Assembly (NCBI RefSeq): GCF_000829235.1
Contig: NZ_AP012549.1
Location: 450,001 to 482,000, forward strand
Direction: 5' to 3'
DNA length: 32,000 nucleotides
Source of the DNA: a cyanobacterium endosymbiont of Epithemia turgida isolate EtSB Lake Yunoko
Lineage (GTDB): Bacteria; Cyanobacteriota; Cyanobacteriia; Cyanobacteriales; Microcystaceae
In this document: in pieces, positions 1 to 8,517 of the stretch
How the letters are laid out: every line of letters begins with the position of its first letter
Position numbering within the stretch: position 1 is the first letter of the stretch
The notes under the pieces: model-generated
What the model saw: only the letters and a program-made list of their open reading frames with translations
Told to the model about the DNA's origin: nothing
Databases searched by the model: none
Translations under genes and position numbers: made by a program

Positions 1-378
1 AAACTACAGAAAGTATTATCTCCCCAGGGTTTAGTGATTATTCAGAGTGGTCAAGTTTCTCCTCCATTTATTAAATATCACGCCCGTTTAGTGAATACTC
101 TAAAAGCTGTTTTTCCTCAAGTTAATTCTTATTGTGCTCCCACTCCTACCTATGGTTCTCCTTGGGGTTTTGCTATCTGTGGAAATCAAGTTTTAAACAC
201 TTTCCCTGACCCAGGTTTTGTTGATGATTTATTGGCGACACAAACGACAGGAGGATTACGTTTAATTGATGGACAAACTTTATTAGGAATGTTGCAAACT
301 CCTCTTTATATTCGAGACGCAATTTCAAAATGCACGGATGTTTATACTTTTGATAAACCACCAAAATTTTTTAGTTAA
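1..378 (+). CDS. speE: spermidine synthase (aminopropyltransferase), C-terminal part; 5' end lies outside the window
   Basis: Frame 1 is open from base 1 (KLQKVLSPQGLVIIQSGQVSPP...), with a TAA stop at 376-378. The block ...NSYCAPTPTYGSPWGFAICGN... fits the conserved C-terminal block of spermidine synthases (IPTY-gg-W-F, recalled). An AdoMet decarboxylase gene is present at 15137. Confidence 0.8.
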   Translation, partial: KLQKVLSPQGLVIIQSGQVSPPFIKYHARLVNTLKAVFPQVNSYCAPTPTYGSPWGFAICGNQVLNTFPDPGFVDDLLATQTTGGLRLIDGQTLLGMLQTPLYIRDAISKCTDVYTFDKPPKFFS

Positions 379-559
379 TTATCCTGAAGTTAACTTTTGA
401 TACTAGTATACCTTTGAGTTCAAATTAAATTGTTATTTAGATCTAATAAAATTAGATTGTTATTTTCTCAATTTAATTTTTTTTAAAATTGTGTTTTGCT
501 CTTCTTCATTATCTTCAGTTTAATTAAATTCAAGTTTAACGATAGATATCTATGTATAG

Positions 560-760
560 TTATCGACTGTAATTATATACCCTAGGTGTAACCATCCAAC
601 CATTATAGCTATAAGTATTATAATTACCTATAATAACTGTGGTTAATATGTCAATAGTAAAATTGAACATTTCTCCAAGGGAAGTTAAGGTTATCTTCTC
701 GTCTGGACGATAAGCAGAAAGAACTAAAGCTAGCAGAGTTTTAGGATTACGGTATTTCAA
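560..760 (-). pseudogene. cobJ: C-terminal relic of a CobJ/CbiH-type precorrin-3B C17-methyltransferase
   Basis: Only ~65 codons survive: ...LVLSAYRPDEKITLTSLGEMFNFTIDILTTVIIGNYNTYSYNGWMVTPRVY. This matches the remembered tail of CobJ/CbiH tetrapyrrole methylases (IDMLTTVIIGN....WMITPRGY). The track 'start' is a TTG, and a TAA closes the frame three codons upstream (767-769). No methylase N-terminal domain lies upstream, because a + strand gene occupies that space. Confidence 0.6.
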
Positions 761-880
761 AAAAATTTATTGTCTATAAATAATTTATTGAGTTCTTGTT
801 CATGATCGTGGGTTATAAATAACCGTTATAAAATCCGCCTTTTAGGAGAAAAAGGTTTAAACGGAGATATCATACGTAAG

Positions 881-923
881 TTAACCGCTTAATAGTGAAT
901 AACTATTAAGCGGTTAATTTTTT
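881..923 (+). terminator. intrinsic-terminator-like hairpin with no intact upstream gene
   Basis: Perfect 16-bp stem TTAACCGCTTAATAGT (881-896) / ACTATTAAGCGGTTAA (902-917) with a 5-nt loop GAATA, followed directly by TTTTTT (918-923). The nearest upstream + strand stop is speE at 378. Confidence 0.55.
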
Positions 924-993
924 AGTTTCGTTGTAATTTTGTATATACTGTATACTGACTTAAATTATATAGAATCCAGATGGAACCGCTGTT

Positions 994-1362
994 GTGACTT
1001 ATAAGGAATTGTACCTGTTGTTATTTGCGGTGCTAACTAGTACCATGGGGCAGTTATTGTTAAAACTCGGGGCAACTAAGCTAGGTAAAGTAAACGCAGA
1101 TAACGCGGTTAGTCATATTTTGAATATCCTCATGACTCCAGAATTATTGGCGGGATTATCTTGCTATGGGTTAGGAGCGATAGCCTATATTCTCTTATTG
1201 ACTCGTGTTCAACTGAGTATCGCTGGTCCTTCTGCGGCGTTAATTTATGTTTTTTCGGTTTTAATTGGCTATTTTTTCTTCCAAGAGTCAATCCCTGTAT
1301 ATCGTGCTTGTGGGTTAGGATTTATTATTTGTGGGGTTATTTTAGTTATTTGGAAAGCTTAA
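994..1362 (+). CDS. small 4-TM membrane protein, single EamA/SMR-like (DMT superfamily) domain
   Basis: 122-aa ORF with a GTG start. It has four hydrophobic segments, and the pattern (GQLLLKLG...; ...GLGFIICGVILVIWKA) is typical of small EamA/ArnE-like transporters. The alternative-frame ORF 1161-1385 is a shadow. Confidence 0.6.
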   Translation: MTYKELYLLLFAVLTSTMGQLLLKLGATKLGKVNADNAVSHILNILMTPELLAGLSCYGLGAIAYILLLTRVQLSIAGPSAALIYVFSVLIGYFFFQESIPVYRACGLGFIICGVILVIWKA

Positions 1363-1508
1363 GACTAATCTCCATGTTACTTTAAACTATTAAGTGAGTT
1401 ATTTATGAGGCTTAACTGCTTTTTTTTCCTTTGGACTTATGATTTTTAAAATTATCCCCTTGTGCAATCAATAGAAGTTATGCTATGATAAGCTGTTGAG
1501 AAAGACAT

Positions 1509-1582
1509 GGGACTGTAGCTTAGTGGATTAGAGCGCGTGGCTACGAACCACGAGGTCGGGGGTTCAAGTCCCTCCAGTCCCG
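1509..1582 (+). tRNA. tRNA-Arg (anticodon ACG)
   Basis: Cloverleaf read by hand: acceptor GGGACTG/CAGTCCC; D arm GCTT..GAGC; anticodon stem CGTGG/CCACG with loop CTACGAA; T arm GGGGG-TTCAAGT-CCCTC; discriminator G. CCA is not encoded. Confidence 0.95.
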
Positions 1583-2008
1583 TACTCATTAAAAGTTAGT
1601 AAAGTTAAGATTAATTGTTCTTCCAGATTCAGTGTTTTTTTACGACCGACCCATTTTAAGTATTTTTAGTATGGAAGAGCTAAATTGACAAATATAATCA
1701 ACTTTTCTAAGTAAATTGATTGTGTAAGTGGAGTTTGAACTATTTATGGGGTTAGTCAAAATTTACCGAAGATAGGGACTGTGAAGGATGAAATAAACTC
1801 CTTTAGATTTTGGTCAGAACAACTGATTTATATTTGTGGCTCCTGCAAACTTGTTGTTAGTCAAAACTGAATCCATAGAAACTTGTTTATCTGTTATTCA
1901 ATAGGGTAAAAAGAGTGATATTCTAATCTACCTGACCGATCTAAAATAATGAGGAATAATCCTCCCAGAAACTAGTAAAGGCAACCAACCCTCAAGCTTA
2001 ACTTATCC

Positions 2009-3142
2009 ATGAAAGTTGATTATCTAACGCCACAAGCCGCTCAAACTCAATTCTTGGAAGTGCCAACTCTTCCCCCTACAAACTGCCAACCCTGGCCAGG
2101 GTTAATCGAAACCTATCGTCCCTATCTCCCCGTAAGCGAAGCAACTCCAATTATCACCCTTTTAGAAGGAAATACTCCCCTGATTGAAGTCCCCCGTATT
2201 TCCCAACAAATTGGGCGCGGAGTCAAAGTACTGGTTAAATATGATGGCTTGAACCCTACAGGAAGTTTCAAAGATCGGGGCATGACCATGGCGATTTCCA
2301 AGGCTGCTGAAAATGGAGCCAAAGCAGTAATTTGTGCTAGTACGGGAAACACTTCAGCAGCAGCGGCTGCCTATGCTAAACGTGGTAATATGCAAGTTTT
2401 TGTTATCATTCCTGATGGCTATGTTGCCCTAGGAAAGTTAGCGCAGGCTTTGCTTTATGGAGCAGAGGTGATCGCCATTGAAGGGAATTTTGACGATGCT
2501 TTAACTATTGTCCAAGAAATGGCCGAAAAGTATCCCATTACCCTGGTTAATTCTATTAACCCCTATCGTTTAGAAGGGCAAAAAACCGCAGCTTTCGAAG
2601 TGGTAGATTGCTTAGGAAATGCCCCCGATTGGTTATGTATTCCTGTGGGCAATGCAGGGAATATTAGTGCTTATTGGATGGGATTTTGTCAATATCATAG
2701 TTTAGGGAAATGCGATCACCTACCCAAAATGATGGGGTTTCAAGCTGCAGGGTCTGCACCATTCATCAGTGGTAAACCAATTGGATCACCTGAAACTCTG
2801 GCAACAGCTATTCGTATTGGGAACCCTGCTAATTGGGATAAAGCTTGGGCAGTTAAAAAAGCTAGTCTCGGAGAGTTTAACGCTGTCACCGACCAGGAAA
2901 TTCTAGAAGCTTATCGCTTATTAGCCTCTCAAGAAGGAATTTTCTGTGAACCGGCCAGTGCCGCTTCTGTGGCAGGATTATTAAAAGTCAAAGATCAAGT
3001 TCCTAGTGAAGCAACAGTGGTTTGTGTATTAACAGGCAATGGACTTAAAGATCCTGACTGTGCGATCAACTATAGCAATAATCAAATAAAATCGGGAATC
3101 AAGCCCCAATTACCTCTTGTTGCTGAAGCGATGGGATTTTAA
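2009..3142 (+). CDS. thrC: threonine synthase
   Basis: 377 aa. Contains the PLP-lysine motif [10 protein letters not shown], plus [11 protein letters not shown] and PVGNAGN blocks typical of ThrC. Confidence 0.95.
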   Translation: MKVDYLTPQAAQTQFLEVPTLPPTNCQPWPGLIETYRPYLPVSEATPIITLLEGNTPLIEVPRISQQIGRGVKVLVKYDGLNPTGSFKDRGMTMAISKAAENGAKAVICASTGNTSAAAAAYAKRGNMQVFVIIPDGYVALGKLAQALLYGAEVIAIEGNFDDALTIVQEMAEKYPITLVNSINPYRLEGQKTAAFEVVDCLGNAPDWLCIPVGNAGNISAYWMGFCQYHSLGKCDHLPKMMGFQAAGSAPFISGKPIGSPETLATAIRIGNPANWDKAWAVKKASLGEFNAVTDQEILEAYRLLASQEGIFCEPASAASVAGLLKVKDQVPSEATVVCVLTGNGLKDPDCAINYSNNQIKSGIKPQLPLVAEAMGF

Positions 3143-3285
3143 TACTCAGTGTCGGACTTAATTCTCGATGCTTTTTATAGAAAGTTAGGAAAAATCTGAG
3201 ATATTTGATACAAATTTTAGAAACTTTAACTACACATTTTATAGGGGCAATAGCTGTTTACCTCTATAAAATGTGATTTCAATAA

Positions 3286-3400
3286 AATTTAAAATATCGG
3301 TTGTTATTCTCAATATCCAAGTCACAGTACAATAAGGTTGATGATTGCCTTAAATAACAACTGTCAACAATCTAAACTACAATAGTTGTTCAAAAAATAG
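3286..3400 (+). repeat. copy A of a diverged two-copy element (partner at 13763-13880)
   Basis: Core 3299-3346 aligns ungapped to 13777-13824 with 39/48 identities. Weaker similarity extends to both sides. Confidence 0.6.
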
Positions 3401-3710
3401 TAGAAGGCAAAGCTAACTTACCTTTTTGTCTTAAATAAAAAGAAGGGTTTTGAGATCAGTAGGTATAAGCAACCGGTCAAGCAAAAAAGTTAAAAAAGCA
3501 GTTCCAAATACCTAGATTTCTCGAATGCTCAATCTAAGAGATTTTTTGATGTCTATTGTTTTCCTTAGATCTACCAGTTGAATCTTCTAGGGATGTCCCC
3601 ATTTTTTTAAAATACCACTTTATTCAAAGATACAGAAGACGTGTATTATGTAATTTTTCAACATATGGAATAGAGCTATGACGAAGGAGTATTTAGTCAA
3701 TATGGACAAT

Positions 3711-3760
3711 AGTAACTTCTAGTAGTAAATTACTCTACTAGAAGTTACTGATATTTTTTT
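3711..3760 (+). terminator. terminator-like hairpin, orphan
   Basis: Perfect 15-bp stem AGTAACTTCTAGTAG (3711-3725) / CTACTAGAAGTTACT (3735-3749) with a 9-nt loop, followed by GATATTTTTTT. It lies ~570 nt after the thrC stop, with no intact ORF in between. Confidence 0.4.
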
Positions 3761-3951
3761 ATAGTTATATTTATAATCCTAAAAAATGAAGATATAAAAA
3801 TATAACTCCATAATTAATATTATTTAAGTCCTTACATTCAGCATCACAACAGCAATTACATTGCATTAGAGCTAATTTTTAAAAAATTAAAGAATAAATT
3901 GAAATATTAAAAATTTTTTAATATTTTTTTCTCATTAGATTTAACACAATT

Positions 3952-4152
3952 ATGGCTGTTCCTTATACTAATTTGGAATGGGATACTTTACTCACCTATG
4001 CTGATGGTATCATTTCAGAGGTAGTAATAGCTTTGTCTTCAAGTACAGTTATAGCAAGGGAATATGGTCTTCCTTGAGTCATAGATCTTTACTATGCTAC
4101 TCAAATATTCAAAGGTGAACAATGAGGTATTGCAGAAATTTTAGATAATTAG
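3952..4152 (+). pseudogene. relic of a PEP-utilising enzyme mobile (phosphohistidine) domain
   Basis: The translation MAVPYTNLEWDTLLTYADGIISEVVIALSSSTVIAREYGLP*VIDLYYATQIFKGEQ*GIAEILDN* is colinear with the PEP-utiliser swivel domain (..P.W..L...A.GIVTE.GG..SHAAIVAREyGiPaVvg...AT..i.dG..i.vDG). In-frame TGA stops sit at 4075 and 4123. The catalytic His position reads Ser (LSSSTVI). Confidence 0.7.
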
Positions 4153-4225
4153 AGTTTATCTAAAAAAGACCCTATGAAAAAGGTTTTATGTCTAACCTGC
4201 ACCTATAATAATCTTTATCACAATC

Positions 4226-5716
4226 ATGACAAATTCATCAAAAAAACCTCAATCTTTACTCAAAACATTAAAACTATTTGATTGGATCGCCTTAGGGTGT
4301 ATTGTTATTCTCAGTTTGGCAATGGGAGTAGTGTTAGTGAGAGGAGAACAAATTCCCTTGCGAGTCAGTTATTTTAGTTGGAACGGAAAAAAAATTGGGT
4401 TACAAGATAAAGCCTTTAGACTAACTTTTAACCGTCCTGTAGATAAGTATAGTGTTGAAAAATATCTATCTATTGATCCTCCCCTTCCTGGGAAAATTAG
4501 CTGGCAAGGACGCCAATTAATTTATACTTTAGACGATCCCCCAATTTACGGGACAAATTATCAAATTAAATTGCAAAATGCTCACAGAATTTATGATCAG
4601 AAACCGATTGAACCATTTGTTAGTTTATTTAGCACTCGTGATCGTACCTTTGCCTATATTGGCGTTACGGCAGAAGAACGAGGGCGGCTAATTCTCTATA
4701 ATATTACTGATACTAATCAACCGAAAAAAACAATCCTAACCCCTCTCGATCTAATCGTCACTAATTTTAGAATTTATCCCAATGGTAATAAAATTCTGTT
4801 TAGTGCTTATGAACCTAGTCTCAGGGGTAAAACATTGGTAAAACAGCAATTATACACGGTCACCACAGGTTTACAAGTTTCTCCTAATGGTGTTGAAATG
4901 CCACGGGCTGGAAGACTAAAACGCATCCTTGACACAAAAGACTATCAAAATTTGAGTTTCGATCTATCGCGCAATGGTCAAAGTATTGTCATTTGGCGAA
5001 TTAATCATAAAAATCCAGATGATTCAGGTTTATGGACGGTTTCTGACGGACAAAATCCAAGACCATTGGGAGTTCCTGGAGGAGATTTCGTTATTTCCCC
5101 TGATGGTAAGCGTGTAGTTATCTCTCAACGAGGTGGGGTGGGAATAGTTCCTTTAACCTCTGATGGGGGATCGTCAGAGTTCTTAGCAGGGTATGAAAAA
5201 AGTCTAGGATTTTCTGCCGATGGGAAGCAGATGCTTCTGGTTAGAGATAATCGGGATTATACGCGATCACTGATACTTATCGATCGAAACAAAAAAAAGC
5301 AAGAGTTATTCCGTACCCTTTATCCAATTATTGACTGCGAGTTTGAACCCAGGGAAGAAAAATTGCTTTATTGTCTTAAAACTGACTTAATTGAGGATAA
5401 AAAAGGTAAATATCGTGAAGAACCTTTTCTTTCAGTAATTGACATGGAAAAGACAGTAGATTTTCCCCTACTTGCTTTACCCAACTATCGGGATGTCCAA
5501 CTAAGCATGTCCCCTGATGGAGTCGCTTTATTATTTGATCAAGTAGCGACAACGGTTCCTAAATCAACCAATGATTTAATTACCTCAGAACAACAGGCAA
5601 TCGTTGATGGACAAGTGTGGTTACTTCCTCTCCCTGAGTTAAAAGAATCAGACAAAACTCTTAAAATTAAACCAGAAGAATTAGAAATCGGGTTTAAAGC
5701 ACAATGGTTGCCTTAA
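4226..5716 (+). CDS. membrane-anchored conserved hypothetical with Ig-like (Big_5-type) segment and TolB/PD40-like beta-propeller repeats
   Basis: 496 aa with an N-terminal TM helix (WIALGCIVILSLAMGVVLV). Has an FNRPVD...PPLPGKISWQGRQLIYT Ig-like signature. SPDGK/SADGK/SPDGV motifs recur as in PD40 propeller blades. Confidence 0.7.
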   Translation: MTNSSKKPQSLLKTLKLFDWIALGCIVILSLAMGVVLVRGEQIPLRVSYFSWNGKKIGLQDKAFRLTFNRPVDKYSVEKYLSIDPPLPGKISWQGRQLIYTLDDPPIYGTNYQIKLQNAHRIYDQKPIEPFVSLFSTRDRTFAYIGVTAEERGRLILYNITDTNQPKKTILTPLDLIVTNFRIYPNGNKILFSAYEPSLRGKTLVKQQLYTVTTGLQVSPNGVEMPRAGRLKRILDTKDYQNLSFDLSRNGQSIVIWRINHKNPDDSGLWTVSDGQNPRPLGVPGGDFVISPDGKRVVISQRGGVGIVPLTSDGGSSEFLAGYEKSLGFSADGKQMLLVRDNRDYTRSLILIDRNKKKQELFRTLYPIIDCEFEPREEKLLYCLKTDLIEDKKGKYREEPFLSVIDMEKTVDFPLLALPNYRDVQLSMSPDGVALLFDQVATTVPKSTNDLITSEQQAIVDGQVWLLPLPELKESDKTLKIKPEELEIGFKAQWLP

Positions 5717-6055
5717 GGTTTTGTTTATGGGTTATCTGTTTATTTTGTTAGTGTTTGTAACAAAATATTTCAAAAAATACCTTAGGTTTCCTAGTTTATG
5801 CTCCAGAAATGGTAAGTTTAGTCCAGAGCTGAATAATAACACACCGAAGTGAGTGAACAGTGGTTAACAAGAAGTTTATTTCCCATATCCATATCGGAAC
5901 TCCAAGTTGGAGTTACTTTGGTTTCTAGATTGTCAGCTTTTTACCTATCTATGGAACTTTATAAGTAGGATGTTCGTTTTATAAAATAGTCAGCATATTT
6001 GTTGACCAATTGCTTTCCAGAGTTTTTTATTAATGATTCTTCGTCAAACAGTTAA

Positions 6056-6436
6056 ATGCCTATGGCTGCACCTCAGATTTTAGAAACTTATCGAAGTCCG
6101 AGTTTCTCCTCTGTCCGCCGACGTCGTCGCAAACCTGATCAGAAAGAAACTCATGTTCAGGCTCAATGGATGACTACCGAAATTAAAGTCAAACTGATCG
6201 TTAATGGAACTTTGTCAGTTCTTGCCGCTTTCACCTTGCTAAAACTGTTACCTTATCAGTTTTTACAACAGGTAAAACTGAAAGAAGTTCTAACTCAAGT
6301 CCAAGAAACAGAAAGACGAGTGGGGGAGTTAAGACAAGATTTTGGACGTAGTTTCGATCCACATCAAGTTAAACAAGTGATGCAAGAAAATAGTCCTTTA
6401 ATTGACCCTAATCAACGGCAGATTTATTGGAAATAA
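6056..6436 (+). CDS. hypothetical membrane protein with basic N-terminus, one TM helix and a coiled-coil tail
   Basis: 126-aa ORF. Features an RRRRRK stretch, the TM helix LIVNGTLSVLAAFTLLKLL, then a heptad-like segment QQVKLKEVLTQVQETERRVGELRQDF. Family not recognised with confidence. Confidence 0.55.
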   Translation: MPMAAPQILETYRSPSFSSVRRRRRKPDQKETHVQAQWMTTEIKVKLIVNGTLSVLAAFTLLKLLPYQFLQQVKLKEVLTQVQETERRVGELRQDFGRSFDPHQVKQVMQENSPLIDPNQRQIYWK

Positions 6437-6671
6437 TCTTTTTATTATTCATTAGACAATAATTAAAATGTTACACAGAAAAGACCAATCAAGTCTAGGT
6501 TTTTTTAGGTAATTTAGATTTTTTAGCAATTTTTTCTATGGGTTGTCTTGAATTTGTTGATATTTTTTATAACAAATAATTGCTAAATTCAGAATAAATT
6601 TATTAATCCTCAACCTCTCTCAAACAATATTCAACTTCGGTGATTATTTTGTTAGATAAAGTCAAGTTTAA

Positions 6672-6860
6672 CTATCTTCGCATGGTGTAAATTTCAGGAT
6701 GTTGTTGTTCTAGAATACCCCAGATGCTAATTTTAGACACCTTGATCCCAAAACTATTGAAGTAAACTACATCAAAAGGGTGAATAAAGCGACCATCTGA
6801 ACCATCGCCAATATTTTCCTATCCAATAGGAAAAAGATCTCTACCCCTTAGCAGGTAGCC
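6672..6860 (-). pseudogene. unidentified gene relic (open frame without start, one internal stop)
   Basis: The minus frame reads GYLLRGRDLFPIG*ENIGDGSDGRFIHPFDVVYFNSFGIKVSKISIWGILEQQHPEIYTMRR*. That is 48 stop-free codons of protein-like composition in an AT-rich, stop-dense background. Internal TAG at 6819-6821, no start codon. Family not recognised. Confidence 0.25.
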
Positions 6861-7299
6861 AGTTTTGATACAAGTTAAGACTAAAATGTAGCCCTTTGAT
6901 CTTCAAATTTTAGAATAAACCTAGGCTTATATAATACTCTATAATACTATTAGTCACATGGATAGTTTTGAGTTGACCACCATGGTATATCTGATGTTGC
7001 AGGTTTCTGTTTCGAGGGTGATATGGTCTCATTTGAGTCCCTGGCATTTTTCTGCCGGTTCTTTACCTTTCTAGGTATATAACATTGCTTGACTTAAGAA
7101 TAGTATGGGTTAGTCTTTATTAAAGAATTGGAATCAACAAACTCCAATAAACTTTAACCTCCGTTTCAAGTAATTCCATCTGGGACTTATACTGCTAACT
7201 GTGGGAGGTCTCAATCCTTTTCTATTTTAACCGACAGATCCTATAAAATTATTAATAACTAGACAGCAGTTCCTCATGTCAATTTTATAGCTTAATTAA

Positions 7300-7370
7300 A
7301 GCGGGTGAGGGGAATCGAACCCCTATCATTAGCTTGGAAGGCTAAGGTTTTACCACTAAACTACACCCGC
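7300..7370 (-). tRNA. tRNA-Gly (anticodon UCC)
   Basis: The reverse complement GCGGGTGTAGTTTAGTGGTAAAACCTTAGCCTTCCAAGCTAATGATAGGGGTTCGATTCCCCTCACCCGCT folds as a cloverleaf. Anticodon loop CTTCCAA, T loop TTCGATT, discriminator U. Confidence 0.95.
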
Positions 7371-7481
7371 AAACCAGCTGTAAGCTCATTGATCCTACCC
7401 AAATGAAATTAACATGGATCTTAAACACTTGTCAAGGTCTTGGTTTAGAACTTTTCCAGACCTTGAAGAACAAGTCCTTGA

Positions 7482-7988
7482 CTAAGTTGTCTTAATGGCA
7501 TCTGACAAGGTTTTCCAACAAAAATAACGTTCTCCCCCCATTTCCACAATAACCTTAATCCGACGTTCAATAAAGGGCAAATTAGCAAGATATTCTAATT
7601 CGGTTTTAGATAGAATGTGTCCTTCTAAAATCCATAATATTAATCCCTTAGACTTAGCTGGTAAGTGTTCTACTTGATAGGCGGCAATGGGAGGAACAAA
7701 ATATGTGGAGCCAACAGCCGCATCTTGTCCAATATTCTTTTTACCCAAATGAGGAGGGCGAACTCCATGAATGCCCATCAAATAGGCACTGACATCGCCA
7801 AGTCCCTTAGCTGTTAAAGAAAGGCTATTATAACCATTAGCTCGTAAACGTCGTTGATAACGCCCTTCAAAACCACCCTCTAGAGGGGCGTATACTGCCA
7901 ACGCGCCTGATTTTTCCAAAGCGCGGACTAATTCTTTTCCAGTCTCTAAAGCGCGTAGCAATCCTTTTCCGATGGTTAGCAGTGTCAT
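7482..7988 (-). CDS. ndhN: NAD(P)H-quinone oxidoreductase (NDH-1) subunit N
   Basis: 168 aa. The blocks YAPLEGGFEGRYQRRLRANGY, GVRPPHLGKK, LPAKSKGLILWILEGHILS and VIVEMGGERYF match my recollection of cyanobacterial NdhN nearly block for block. Confidence 0.9.
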   Translation of the reverse strand: MTLLTIGKGLLRALETGKELVRALEKSGALAVYAPLEGGFEGRYQRRLRANGYNSLSLTAKGLGDVSAYLMGIHGVRPPHLGKKNIGQDAAVGSTYFVPPIAAYQVEHLPAKSKGLILWILEGHILSKTELEYLANLPFIERRIKVIVEMGGERYFCWKTLSDAIKTT

Positions 7989-8517
7989 TGCAGTCCTAAA
8001 AAAATTCCTTTATTGATTATAAGGGAATCCTTCCCGTTGAGAGAAAGATTTAAACTTTAGCTTTAAAGTTAAGAGAGTTTTACTAAAAATACTCATAACC
8101 ACTCGTCCCAATAGATCCTAATGTTTTAGGAGATTTAACCACGCTTGTTGTCCCAATTCCTTTCGTTGCTGACGACTATGAAAGTGAATTACCTCTAAGA
8201 AAAAGGAAATAAAATGCACAGGACCTCCTTTGAGAATCGATTATGTACATCTGACAATGTATGTGGAAGATCACTTCAGGCTGAATTCTTTTAGAGCAAG
8301 AAATTGTTCTGTTAGACGACCCAAAAGTAGATCTATTTCACAAGCAAAATTAGGAATTTTGTAAGGATGGAGGAGGTTTACATAAAAAAATAACCGTTGA
8401 TAGATTATCTGATAAAAAATTATTGCCAGTAAGCAATCAAAACTGAAGACTCAACAATCAAAAAAGTTGTTTTATTCAATATGTTTATCTTTATGGAGTT
8501 GTTAAAAACATTAACAA

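Noticed and set aside
1685-1713. Promoter-like hexamer pairs. One is TTGACA-17 nt-TAAGTA at 1685-1713. Another is TTGACC at 6002 with TTTTAT/TATTAA downstream.
   Set aside because: In DNA this AT-rich, -10-like hexamers occur everywhere, so single matches cannot be supported without TSS data.
2122-2352. Antisense or alternative-frame shadow ORFs in the track. They are 173-364, 1161-1385, 2122-2352, 12541-12768, 13075-13290, 13498-13749, 23302-23538, 24013-24252, 24189-24389, 24972-25181, 29859-30044, 29965-30165, 30183-30386 and 31231-31413.
   Set aside because: Most lie largely or wholly inside, or overlap, a longer ORF with a clear family assignment. 24189-24389 instead spans the 24201-24294 gap between two called ORFs. 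None has recognisable motifs.
8236-8370. A + strand frame IDYVHLTMYVEDHFRLNSFRARNCSV... resembling the N-terminus of 4-hydroxyphenylpyruvate dioxygenase (FDYLHLYVDD...).
   Set aside because: Only the generic VOC-fold opening motif (D-Y-x-H-L-x-Y-V-x-D) matches, and the rest aligns at chance level. This is too weak to call an hpd relic, though it is worth including in a blastx sweep.
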